From Alphaproteobacteria bacterium (GTDB lineage: Bacteria; Pseudomonadota; Alphaproteobacteria; MPNO01; UBA830), in assembly GCA_964291215.2 (NCBI GenBank), contig OZ219791.1:3168001-3232000 (forward strand): DNA of 64,000 nucleotides, read 5' to 3'. Position numbers and translations under genes: made by a program. The notes below the pieces were generated by a model. That model had not been told where the DNA came from and searched no databases. It saw only the letters and a program-made list of their open reading frames with translations. This document shows, in pieces, positions 32,326-41,831 of this stretch; within the stretch, counting starts at the first letter, position 1, and each line of letters opens with the position of its first letter.

Positions 32326-32607
32326 GTGATTGTCGGTTTCGCTGACAGGAAAACCGAGACATTTTACGAGGGCCGCCGGGTGGCGGCCTTCTCCGGCTTT
32401 GCCTGCACAGCTTCGCGTAAGCTCGACCAGCTCGACGCCGCCACCGTGCTGGGCGACTTGGCGCGGCCCGGCAATCGGCTCAAGGCGCTCAAAGGTCGGC
32501 GCAGGGGGCAATGGAGCATTCGCATCAACGGCCAGTGGCGGATCTGCTTCAAATGGCTCGAGGGTAGTTCCGGGCCGACCGAAGTTGAAATCGTCGACTA
32601 CCATTGA
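32326..32607 (+). CDS. higB: HigB (RelE-like) toxin
   Basis: PGNRLKALKGRRRGQWSIRINGQWRICF..VEIVDYH. Confidence 0.9.
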   Translation: MIVGFADRKTETFYEGRRVAAFSGFACTASRKLDQLDAATVLGDLARPGNRLKALKGRRRGQWSIRINGQWRICFKWLEGSSGPTEVEIVDYH

Positions 32608-32620
32608 GAGGAGGCAGGAC

Positions 32621-32932
32621 ATGCGCGAACCCATCCATCCCGGCGAGACGCTGCGTGAGGACCTTGACGCGCTTGGCATGAGCGCGGCGGAGTTGGCGCG
32701 ACGCATCGAAGTTCCGGTAAATCGCATCACCGAGATTCTCAACGGCCGGCGATCAGTCACGGGCGATACCGCCCTGCGCCTGGGGCGCTTTTTCGGCACC
32801 TCGGGCGAGTTCTGGCTCAATCTCCAAAAGCTCTACGAGCTGCGGAATGCGGAACAGAAGAACGGAGCGAAGATCGCCCGGCTGAAGCCGCTGGGACCGG
32901 AATCGGATATCGAGCCGCATGCGCTCGCTTGA
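32621..32932 (+). CDS. higA: HigA antitoxin
   Basis: PIHPGETLREDL, ITEILNGRRSVT.DTALRL..FWLNLQ; GGAGG RBS. Confidence 0.92.
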   Translation: MREPIHPGETLREDLDALGMSAAELARRIEVPVNRITEILNGRRSVTGDTALRLGRFFGTSGEFWLNLQKLYELRNAEQKNGAKIARLKPLGPESDIEPHALA

Positions 32933-33001
32933 ACCGCCCCCCAAACCGCCGGGTCGAGGAGTCGTGATACATTGGGACCCCGGGCCGTGACGGAAGGTCA
33001 G

Positions 33002-36000
33002 ATGAACCTCGACCTCGCAGGAAGGCCGAGCGCGCGTGCCATTCTCGACCGCATTCGCAAGGAAAGCCGCGATGAGGCCGAGAAGGGACGCTGGTTCGAA
33101 CAGTTGTTCATGCGGGTCGCGCTTCAGGAGCCGGAGTTCGAGATCGAGGGAATTTGGCGCTGGGCGGAGTGGCCCGAGCGCGAGGCATTGACCGGACTTG
33201 ACGGGCGCGACATCGGGATCGATCTGGTGGCGCGGCGCGCCTCGGGCGAGTGGGTTGCCATTCAGTGCAAGTGCTACGACGACCGGCACGTGCTCGGCAA
33301 GAGCGGGATCGACAAGTTTCTCGGCGGCTCGCAACAGCCGGTCTTCCGCCTGCGGTGGGTCGTGGCGACTTGCAGATGGGGGCCGAACGCGGAGCGTGCG
33401 ATCCAGAACGCCCATCCCGAAGTCAGGCAAATCGACTTCCGGCAGTATCTCGACATTCAGGTCGAGGAGCAGGATGCCGGGCGCCCGGTGCAGGAGCCAT
33501 GGCCGCTTCAGGCCGATGCGATCGAGGACGCGGCAACCGGGCTTGCCAACCACGACCGGGGCCGCCTCATCATGGCGTGCGGTACGGGCAAGACATTCAC
33601 CTCCCTTCGCATCGCCGAGCAGGTCGTCGAGGACGGACAACGGATCCTGTTTGCCGCCCCGACCATCGCGCTCGTCTCGCAGGCCCGGCGCGAATGGCTG
33701 CGGCAGACGACGCGCAAGCTTGCATGCATCGTCGTGTGTTCCGATCCAACGGCCGGTGGGCGCAGCGAGAACGAGGATATTCGGGTCTCAGAACTCGAAT
33801 GCCCGGTGACGACGGACCCCGGCGAGATCGCACGGTCGCTCGCCGGCAACGGCGCGACCAGTGTCGTGTTCTGCACCTACCATTCCCTGGGGCGAGTGAC
33901 CGAGGCTCAGGCGCTGCATGGCGCACCGGCGTTCGATCTCGCCATCGCCGACGAGGCGCACCGCACGACCGGAGCGGTTCTCGACGGACGCAAGTCCGGC
34001 AATGGCCGCAAGGTCGATTTCCAGGAGTTTCACGACGACGCGCGGCTAAAGTCTCGCAAGCGCCTCTACATGACGGCCACGCCGCGGCTCTACACCGAAC
34101 GCTCCAAGGACAAGCTCGCCGAACAAGGGGTCGCCGTTGTCGACATGGGCGACTACAAAGTCTACGGACCGCAACTTCATTGGCTGCCGTTCGCCAAGGC
34201 GGTGGACCACGGCATGCTCTCCGACTATCGGGTGATCGTCCTCGGCGTCGGCGAGGGGAGCGTGACGCCCGGCTTGCGGCGGCGCCTAGAAGGGATCGAC
34301 CAGTCGGCGAAGGGCAAGCAGGCACCGACCACCAACGACATGACGCGCGTGCTTGGCGTCTCGCTAGCCTTGAATGGCGTTACCGAAGGCAAGGCGCTGG
34401 AGCAGCCGGGCAAGCTCCCGCGCACGATGGCGTTTGCCAACAGCATTGCGCGTTCGAAGTGGTACGCGGAAGCGCTCATGGAGAGCGAAGTCCTGAGGGC
34501 CACCACCCGACGAATGCGGGATGGCCGGGCGATGAAGGTCGTTGCCCGGCACCTTGATGCGTCGTCCAGCGCGCTGCAACGCAATCAGGAACTTCGTACG
34601 CTGGCCCGTGCCGACGCGGACGGGGAATGCCGGGTGGTGTGCAACGTCAAGCTCTTTACCGAGGGCGTAGATGTGCCGTCGCTCGACGCCATTGCCTTCC
34701 TTGACCCCCGGGACAGTCAGGTCGATGTCGTGCAGGCGGTCGGGCGGGTGATGCGAAAGGCGCCGGGCAAGCGCTTCGGCTACATCATCATCCCGGTTGT
34801 CGTTGCACCGGACCAGGATGTCGTGGCCGCGCTCGAGCGGGGCACGGAGGGCTACAGGACGGTCGGGCGGGTGCTGCGAGCGCTCCAAGCTCACGACGGG
34901 CGCCTTGCGGAGTCCCCGGCCAATTTCATCAAGGTTTACGAACAGTCCGGCGCGACGGCACCGGGAGAATCGGCCGGCGGCCAGGTTCGAGAGACAGAAG
35001 GAGAGCACATCCAGCGTGAACTTGATCTGAAGGAGGCCGAGCAGGGGATTTACGCACATGTCGCCGCGGCGTCGGGGCTCGGCAAGCCCGGGCAGGTCGT
35101 CGCGGATGAGATTACCGACGCAGTCCGTCACGCCAGCACCGTGCTTCAGGACGAAGCGATGGAGGAACCGCTCGCGGCAGCGCTTGACCTCGTGCCCGAA
35201 GACGACGGCGGCGCGAAGGGGGTCTGCACGGTCGCCGCGCTCATGCTCTGCAACGCCTGCCTGCTGCAGCGCCGGCTGCGCGACGAACCGGAGATGAAGA
35301 CCATCGTGCGGCTTGACAAGGTTTCGGGGGCGAAGCATCCCGGAGAGGTTCTTGAAGTCGCGTGGGAGGCAATCCTCGAAAAGGACTATGTGCCGGTGTT
35401 CCGCCCCGCGCTCGCGGTGCTGGCCGTCTTGCGCGAATGCAAGGCCATCGACGACACCATCCGCATGCTTGCCGAGTGCGCCAATCGCGTCGCCGACTCG
35501 CTCAGCGATCTCGGCTACGACCACGCGGGACCGCTCTACCATCGCATCCTCGGCTCCGCGAAGAGCGACGGGGCGTTCTATACCAACAACCTGTCGGCGG
35601 TCATGCTGGCGCGTCTTGCCCTTGCCCGGGATCTGATCGACTGGTCCGATCCGCAGGCCGTGGGGAAACTCCGAATCGTCGATCCTGCGTGCGGGACCGG
35701 AACGTTGCTCATGGCCGCCCTCCAGACCATCAAGGCCCGGGTCTCCGAATCCGGGGAGATGAGCGACGAGGATCGAAACGCCTTGCACAGGCATCTCGTG
35801 GAGGATGTTCTCTGCGGTCTCGACATCAACCAGCACGGAATCCAGTTGGCCGCGTGCAACATGACCCTCGGCGCTCCGACTGTCGATTATGCGCGTATGA
35901 ACCTGATCACCATGCCTCACGGTCCACAGGCTGAGGGGCCGCCGAAGGCGGGATCGCTGGAGATACTGACGGCGGCAGAGGATTCCCGGGCAAACCTGCA

Positions 36001-37378
36001 ATCCATGATCGCGCCGTCCCGCTCTCTCGAAGGCCTGGATGCCGCCCAGGTCAACGAAAGCGCGGAGATCCGGTTTCCGTTGCGCAACCTCGACGCCGTG
36101 ATCATGAACGCGCCGTTCACCGCGAACGAGAACCGAAGCAGGAAATACGGCGTTGACGGTCGCAAGGCCATGCAGCGTCACGAGCTCGATGTGCAAGCGC
36201 ATCTTGCGCACACAGATCCGATGGCGGGCGCCGCCGTGACGGCAAACAGCATCCGGACATTTTTCACTCCCCTTGCGGATATGCTCGTCCGGAACGCCTC
36301 TGGCCTGCTTGCCATGGTTATTCCCACCACAGCTTGCACTGGCCCAAGCGGGACGGCGGAACGCCGCTTTCTTGCCGAGCGCTTCCAGATCGAAACCGTC
36401 GTGACCAGCCACGATCCGCGCCGACCCAACTTCAGCGAGAACACCGCGATTCATGAATCGTTGCTGATATGCCGTCGTCGGAACGAAGACGGCGCCGGCA
36501 AGGCTCAGCCTACCCGCTTCGTTGCGCTGCGCACCATGCCCGCAACGCCCGAGGAAGCGATCGAGGCCGCAGAAGCCATCGAAATGGGTGCTGTGAGCGA
36601 GTGGTTTACCGTTTACGAACAACCGGAGGCGCAGGTCCGGGCAGGAGACTGGCGGCCCTGCCAGTTTCTGGATCCGGAGCTGGTTGGCGCCGCCATGCGT
36701 CTCGAACGGGAGACATCGCTCGTGCCGCTGGGAAGCCAATATCGGCTGGGTCCGGCGGGGCGGCGGATTCGGGACGCGTTTCGTCCGGTTGAGAATGATG
36801 GCGACGGCTACCGCGTGTTCTGGGGACGCTCGAAGGATCTGCGGACGACGATGGAGGCGGTTCCGGAACAGGCGGTGACGGACAAGAAGCCGGCGCTCGC
36901 CGCCCGCTACCGGCAACAGGCCGGATACATCCTGCTGGCGGCGAAGTTCAACACGAATTCTGGCCGGCTTCTCGCGATCTTCAGCGACAATCTAGCGTTG
37001 GGATCGATGTGGGTGCCCATCCAGAATACGAACATAGAGGAAGCGAAGGCGCTGTGCGCATGGTGTAACAGCACTCTCGGTGTGCTGGGCTTCATGATGA
37101 GGCGAGGTGCGACGTTGATGAACCCGTCGTTCTCACAGGCCGAGCTTGCCACGTTGCCCGTTCCGGACTTCAGGACATCAAGCGCAGTTGCGCTTGCCGA
37201 AGCGTTCGAGCAGACCAAGAGTATGCCGGTCGAACCCTGGAAGAACGCGGCGGACGACGACCTGCGCGATGTCCTAGACCGGGCCGCCGCCGCCACGACG
37301 GGGATCGACCTTGCAACGATCCGGGACTGGCGAGCGCGGATCAGCCGAGAACCGACGGTTTCTAACGTATCCGCTTAA
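33002..37378 (+). CDS. Type ISP-like single-polypeptide RM enzyme (Mrr-like nuclease, SF2 helicase, N6-MTase, TRD)
   Basis: GIDLV..AIQCK; MACGTGKT, DEAH, TATPR, EGVDVP, QAVGRVMR; GAFYT, DPACGTG, NAPF. Confidence 0.88.
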   Translation: MNLDLAGRPSARAILDRIRKESRDEAEKGRWFEQLFMRVALQEPEFEIEGIWRWAEWPEREALTGLDGRDIGIDLVARRASGEWVAIQCKCYDDRHVLGKSGIDKFLGGSQQPVFRLRWVVATCRWGPNAERAIQNAHPEVRQIDFRQYLDIQVEEQDAGRPVQEPWPLQADAIEDAATGLANHDRGRLIMACGTGKTFTSLRIAEQVVEDGQRILFAAPTIALVSQARREWLRQTTRKLACIVVCSDPTAGGRSENEDIRVSELECPVTTDPGEIARSLAGNGATSVVFCTYHSLGRVTEAQALHGAPAFDLAIADEAHRTTGAVLDGRKSGNGRKVDFQEFHDDARLKSRKRLYMTATPRLYTERSKDKLAEQGVAVVDMGDYKVYGPQLHWLPFAKAVDHGMLSDYRVIVLGVGEGSVTPGLRRRLEGIDQSAKGKQAPTTNDMTRVLGVSLALNGVTEGKALEQPGKLPRTMAFANSIARSKWYAEALMESEVLRATTRRMRDGRAMKVVARHLDASSSALQRNQELRTLARADADGECRVVCNVKLFTEGVDVPSLDAIAFLDPRDSQVDVVQAVGRVMRKAPGKRFGYIIIPVVVAPDQDVVAALERGTEGYRTVGRVLRALQAHDGRLAESPANFIKVYEQSGATAPGESAGGQVRETEGEHIQRELDLKEAEQGIYAHVAAASGLGKPGQVVADEITDAVRHASTVLQDEAMEEPLAAALDLVPEDDGGAKGVCTVAALMLCNACLLQRRLRDEPEMKTIVRLDKVSGAKHPGEVLEVAWEAILEKDYVPVFRPALAVLAVLRECKAIDDTIRMLAECANRVADSLSDLGYDHAGPLYHRILGSAKSDGAFYTNNLSAVMLARLALARDLIDWSDPQAVGKLRIVDPACGTGTLLMAALQTIKARVSESGEMSDEDRNALHRHLVEDVLCGLDINQHGIQLAACNMTLGAPTVDYARMNLITMPHGPQAEGPPKAGSLEILTAAEDSRANLQSMIAPSRSLEGLDAAQVNESAEIRFPLRNLDAVIMNAPFTANENRSRKYGVDGRKAMQRHELDVQAHLAHTDPMAGAAVTANSIRTFFTPLADMLVRNASGLLAMVIPTTACTGPSGTAERRFLAERFQIETVVTSHDPRRPNFSENTAIHESLLICRRRNEDGAGKAQPTRFVALRTMPATPEEAIEAAEAIEMGAVSEWFTVYEQPEAQVRAGDWRPCQFLDPELVGAAMRLERETSLVPLGSQYRLGPAGRRIRDAFRPVENDGDGYRVFWGRSKDLRTTMEAVPEQAVTDKKPALAARYRQQAGYILLAAKFNTNSGRLLAIFSDNLALGSMWVPIQNTNIEEAKALCAWCNSTLGVLGFMMRRGATLMNPSFSQAELATLPVPDFRTSSAVALAEAFEQTKSMPVEPWKNAADDDLRDVLDRAAAATTGIDLATIRDWRARISREPTVSNVSA

Positions 37379-37399
37379 GGATACACAGGAGATTTGAGC

Positions 37400-39496
37400 A
37401 TGCCAGTTGATTACTCAATGAGGATTTCTCGACTTACCGTCGACAAACTAGGCGTCAAGCTCTACGACAAAGTCTCAGCCGTCATCGCCGAACTCATCGC
37501 TAATGCTTACGATGCTGATGCCACCCACGTGACGGTTCAAGCACCGATGGGTGAGTTTCTAGCGACCCGGGCCGGCGGTGAAGTGGCGGACAAGGGTTTC
37601 GACATCGAAGTAACCGATGACGGCATAGGCATGACGCCTCAGCAGCTGCAGGACTTCTTTCTCGTCGTCGGAGCTGAGCGACGCAACGATAGCAGGCGAG
37701 GCGACCGTTCATCCCGCTTCCTTCGTAAGGTCATGGGCCGCAAGGGGGTCGGAAAGCTGGCGCCCTTCGGTATCTGCAAGACCATCGAGGTGATTAGTGC
37801 CGGCGGCGAGTACATCAACGGCAGTGGGGGCAACTCCGGTTCCACTGGCTACCTCACTTCCCACATCATCCTTGATTACGATGGCATTACGGCGCTCGGC
37901 GATGAGCCCGACGAACGCTACAAGCCGACCGTGGGAGACCGCGACGGAGACTACTCTCCGCGGTCGGAGACTCGTATCATCCTTAAGAACTTCAATTACC
38001 GAAGGGTTCCCGAGCGTGATGTCCTTGGCCGCCAACTAGCCCAGCGCTTCGGTATCCAATCGGCGGATTGGCAGATCCAGCTTCTGGACAACACGAAATC
38101 CACTCGGTCACCGATGACGATCGGCGCCTTTGAAATTCAGACAATGCCGAACACGAAGCTCACGTTTGGGCAAGACCGCACGGTGATCGGACCCGACGGC
38201 AACCCCGATTCAGGACTCGCCGCTGGCTTCTGCCACGAAGGCTCCTTTCGTTCCGTAACCGGGTGGATGGCGTACTCGAAGGATCCTTACAAGGACGAGC
38301 TCATGGCCGGGGTCAGAATTTACTGCCGCGGAAAAATTGCTGCCCAGACATCAATCTTCAACCAACGAGCCGGCTTTACCGGAGAGCACAATATCCGCTC
38401 CTATCTTGTCGGAGAACTCCATGCTGATTGGCTCGACGAGGACGATGACCTAATCCAAACTGATCGACGGGACATTCTCTGGTCGGACGAACTCGCCGTT
38501 GCCTTCCAAGCTTGGGGCCAAGGAATTGTCAAGCGGATCGGGACCCTGTCGCGGGATCCCATGCGGAAAGCGACTTTGCAATTGTTTCTTGAGACCGGCA
38601 ATGTCGAAGCCCGAATCCGGGACGCTTATCCGAACGAAGTGCAAGAGGATATTCGCAGTAGTGCTAAGCAGATTGCACAATCCTTCGGTCGCACGATTAG
38701 CCGCGGAGAGGTCGAAGATGAAAGTACTGTGAGCAGCCTGGTTGATTTGAGCATTACCCTCGCTCCCCATGTGACACTCAATAATAAAATGAAGGAAGCG
38801 GTCGCCAGTGCCGATACAACGCTCTCTGTCCTGACATCGCTCTTGCGTACTGCGCGGTTGGCCGAGTTATCGTCGTTCGGGAGAATTGCGGAGGATCGCC
38901 TCAAGGTCATTGGTCGTCTTGAGGTGCTGAAGGACACCGACGACACAGATGAGAACGACCTTCAGCAGTTGATCGCCGACGCCCCTTGGCTGATCAATCC
39001 CGAATGGGCACCGGTGACCGAAAACCAAACTTTCGCCAGTCTGCGCCGAGAGTTCGAGAAATACTACGAGGACAAGACCGGACAGTCCATTTCATTGACT
39101 AATTTCCAGGAGGCGGGCAAACGGCCGGACTTCGTTCTGTCCAATCAGGAAGGCACGGTGCAGATCATCGAGATCAAGAAACCGCACCACCGATTGTCGA
39201 ACCCTGAAATGGACAGGATCGTGACCTACTACGATAATATGGAAGCGTTTCTGAAGGAGCCCGGGCACGCAGAATTCCACAAGCACTTCGCTGATTTCCA
39301 CGTTACAATCGTGTGCGACCATCTCGGGTTAACCAATAGCCAGCGCGCTGCCTTTGATGGTTATATCGCCCGAGGGAAGCTGACTCACTTGGATTGGACA
39401 GCGTTCCTTCTGAAATCGGAACAGGTGCACCAGGACTTTCTGGGCGAGGCGCGTCGACAGCGTGCCGCCGAACCAGCGGTCTCCGAGGGCTGCTGA
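37400..39496 (+). CDS. GHKL (MORC/HATPase_c_3) ATPase with C-terminal PD-(D/E)xK nuclease
   Basis: ELIANAYDAD, DDGIGM, GRKGVGK; RPDFVL..IIEIKKP. Confidence 0.85.
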   Translation: MPVDYSMRISRLTVDKLGVKLYDKVSAVIAELIANAYDADATHVTVQAPMGEFLATRAGGEVADKGFDIEVTDDGIGMTPQQLQDFFLVVGAERRNDSRRGDRSSRFLRKVMGRKGVGKLAPFGICKTIEVISAGGEYINGSGGNSGSTGYLTSHIILDYDGITALGDEPDERYKPTVGDRDGDYSPRSETRIILKNFNYRRVPERDVLGRQLAQRFGIQSADWQIQLLDNTKSTRSPMTIGAFEIQTMPNTKLTFGQDRTVIGPDGNPDSGLAAGFCHEGSFRSVTGWMAYSKDPYKDELMAGVRIYCRGKIAAQTSIFNQRAGFTGEHNIRSYLVGELHADWLDEDDDLIQTDRRDILWSDELAVAFQAWGQGIVKRIGTLSRDPMRKATLQLFLETGNVEARIRDAYPNEVQEDIRSSAKQIAQSFGRTISRGEVEDESTVSSLVDLSITLAPHVTLNNKMKEAVASADTTLSVLTSLLRTARLAELSSFGRIAEDRLKVIGRLEVLKDTDDTDENDLQQLIADAPWLINPEWAPVTENQTFASLRREFEKYYEDKTGQSISLTNFQEAGKRPDFVLSNQEGTVQIIEIKKPHHRLSNPEMDRIVTYYDNMEAFLKEPGHAEFHKHFADFHVTIVCDHLGLTNSQRAAFDGYIARGKLTHLDWTAFLLKSEQVHQDFLGEARRQRAAEPAVSEGC

Positions 39497-39501
39497 CGAC
39501 C

Positions 39502-40602
39502 ATGGCTCCGACGGCGATCGATGTCTTTGCGGGCGCTGGGGGCCTGACGGTCGGCCTCAAACGCGCAGGGTTTCGCGTCGCCGCCGCCGTGGAGATCGAG
39601 CCCCATTCGTTCGCTACCTACAAAGCGAACCATCCCGAAGTGCGGTGCCTGAAGGAGGATATTGCGACCATTTCAGGTACCGCTTTATTGGAACTCGCGG
39701 GAACAGACCGGATCGATCTACTGGCCGGTTGTCCACCGTGCCAAGGCTTCACCAGCCTGACGGCAAAATACAGGGATAGGGAAGATCCTCGTAACGCACT
39801 CGTTCTGGAGATGACCCGCCTAGCCGAGGAAATTCGACCGCGGGCGATCATGATGGAGAATGTTCCCGGCTTGGCGCGTAAGGGGAGATCGCTGTACGGC
39901 CAAATGCAAGCGCGGCTCCAAGCGCTCGACTACCGACTGACGGAAGGGGTTCTGCAGGTTGCCGATTACGGTGTGCCACAGTTTCGGCGACGTTTCGTTT
40001 TGCTCGGCGGCCAAGGCTTCGAGATTGCCCTCCCCGATGCGACTCATTCCGGTGTGCCGACTAGCGACCTTGCGCCGTGGCGCACGGTACGTGACGCGAT
40101 CAAGAACATGCCAGCCCCCCTCACCTTGGCAGAGGCCAAGGCAATGGGACAGGTCGAGCGGTCCGATTGGCACATCGTTCGGAAGCTGTCACGCGAGAAT
40201 GTCGAGCGCATCAAAGTGGCGAAGGCAGGCGAGACATGGACGCACATTCCCGAGCATCTCCGGCCGGCCTGCCACCGCGGTGGCTATGTCGGGTTCACCA
40301 ATGTGTACGGGAGGATGGTTTGGGACCGTCCGTCGCCTACGATCACCGGCGGCTGCACCACTCTAAGCAAGGGCCGCTTCGGTCACCCAAATGCCGATCG
40401 GACGATCTCCGTACGGGAGGCCGCGCTTCTCCAGACCTTTCCTCGAGATTACCGCCTTGACACGCCCTTCATGGATCGTGTTTGCAACATGATAGGCAAC
40501 GCATTGCCATGCGACTTCGCGGAATCTCTTTCGCGACAATGTTTTGAGGAGCTTGACAGGCAGGCGACAAACATGTCTTCAGTTTTCGACTACGCAACCT
40601 GA
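39502..40602 (+). CDS. C5 DNA cytosine methyltransferase
   Basis: FAGAGG, GCPPCQGF, MENV, QFRRR, IGNA. Confidence 0.94.
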   Translation: MAPTAIDVFAGAGGLTVGLKRAGFRVAAAVEIEPHSFATYKANHPEVRCLKEDIATISGTALLELAGTDRIDLLAGCPPCQGFTSLTAKYRDREDPRNALVLEMTRLAEEIRPRAIMMENVPGLARKGRSLYGQMQARLQALDYRLTEGVLQVADYGVPQFRRRFVLLGGQGFEIALPDATHSGVPTSDLAPWRTVRDAIKNMPAPLTLAEAKAMGQVERSDWHIVRKLSRENVERIKVAKAGETWTHIPEHLRPACHRGGYVGFTNVYGRMVWDRPSPTITGGCTTLSKGRFGHPNADRTISVREAALLQTFPRDYRLDTPFMDRVCNMIGNALPCDFAESLSRQCFEELDRQATNMSSVFDYAT

Positions 40603-41801
40603 TGTCTGGAAATTGTCGTGAAGCTCTCAGTCATCGAGCTGTTCCCATTTGATCTTGGTTTCGGTTTCCCATTTTTCGTCGATGAGGACCGCGGTTGAGA
40701 GGCGCTCCAACGAGGCGAGGTTCGGAAAGCCCCTGACTTTGGAGGTGCGCCGCTTGAGCTCTTGCTGGATCGGCCGCTCGATACCGTTCGAGGTTCGCAT
40801 GCGCTTGCGGTGAGCATCGGGCAAGGTGAAGACAGCGAGCCCCGCATTCTTTTCCAGCCAGGAAGCCTGGATGCTTGTCGTTGGCCACGAGGGCGCCCAG
40901 TTCAGCCTCGGCGGTTTGGAGTGAGGACGCATGGCTCCGAGCTGTTTTCCAATACGTTTCCTGATGTCATTGTTCGGTGCACGGCGTTTTGCGCAGGTGG
41001 AACTGGCAGCGCTGCCACATCGCCGCGCCCAGCACCGCGCGTCGTGCCGCTTTCAGCCCAGCATCCGAGACGATGAAGGTCGTACCATGCAGGGCTAGCA
41101 AGCTTTCCGGGAAGGCTCTCCAATGGACCTCGGCCTCGGAGAGCGCCACAGAGAGCCCCAGAACGTGCCTGCAGCCCCTATTCCGATGGCCGAGAGCACT
41201 GCAACATCGCGCACAACGCCGTCATGGCGGGCTTTTTCGTAGCGCGCATCCAGGTATTTCATCAGGGGCCGGTTGCGCGGCGAGTTCTTCATCGAGCAAC
41301 CTGGTGGCCCCCTGAGAAGAGGACAGGCTCCCGAACTCGCGCATTACATCTTGCCGCGTGGGAACACCCTTGATGTACATCTCGGCTACGGCGCGAGAAG
41401 ATCGCTGGCCGCGTTCAAGCGACTGGGGACGGATCGTCCCCGTGAGCGTTTGGCACCTGAACGGTAACAGTGGGGGTGTCGATCCGCTTGTAGCCGTTGG
41501 CATAGCCCTGTCGCTCCGGTGTCCGGTGGCCCGCTTTCAAGTACTGCTCGCGCTCGATTTGCATCGCAAGCTCGAAGAGCTGGCCAAAGACCCGCCCCAG
41601 ATCCGTTGCTCCGTTTGCGATCAGATGTTCCAAAACAGTCCCGATCGTCGTAGTGTGTCGCAGGTCCATTCGCTTCCTCCATGAATGTTTACAGCTCCAT
41701 GGGATAGTACGATGGCGCCGCGTTTCACTGGGGGGCTAGCCCCCCCCCAGTGAAACGCCTCAAAGCGCAAACCTCAGACAAATTTCCAGACATCAAGTTA
41801 C
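40594..41801 (-). mobile_element. Decayed IS256-family element
   Basis: TIRs TGATGTCTGGAAATT; AEMYIKGV, YLDARYEK, SEAEVHW, WQRCQFHL, MRTSNGIER; internal hairpin 41720-41758. Confidence 0.85.
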
Positions 41802-41831
41802 AGTACCCGGGGGACCCGGGGGGGGGGGGGG

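Noticed and set aside
34364-36916. Long antisense ORFs (850 aa here; also 8791..10695, 17499..18884, 46232..47779, 52329..54224)
   Set aside because: Shadow frames of real genes in GC-rich DNA, with no recognisable motifs
41818-41831. G14 homopolymer as a phase-variation switch
   Set aside because: It lies at the broken edge of an IS1634 remnant, not in an intact gene or promoter; slippage or sequencing artefact is more likely
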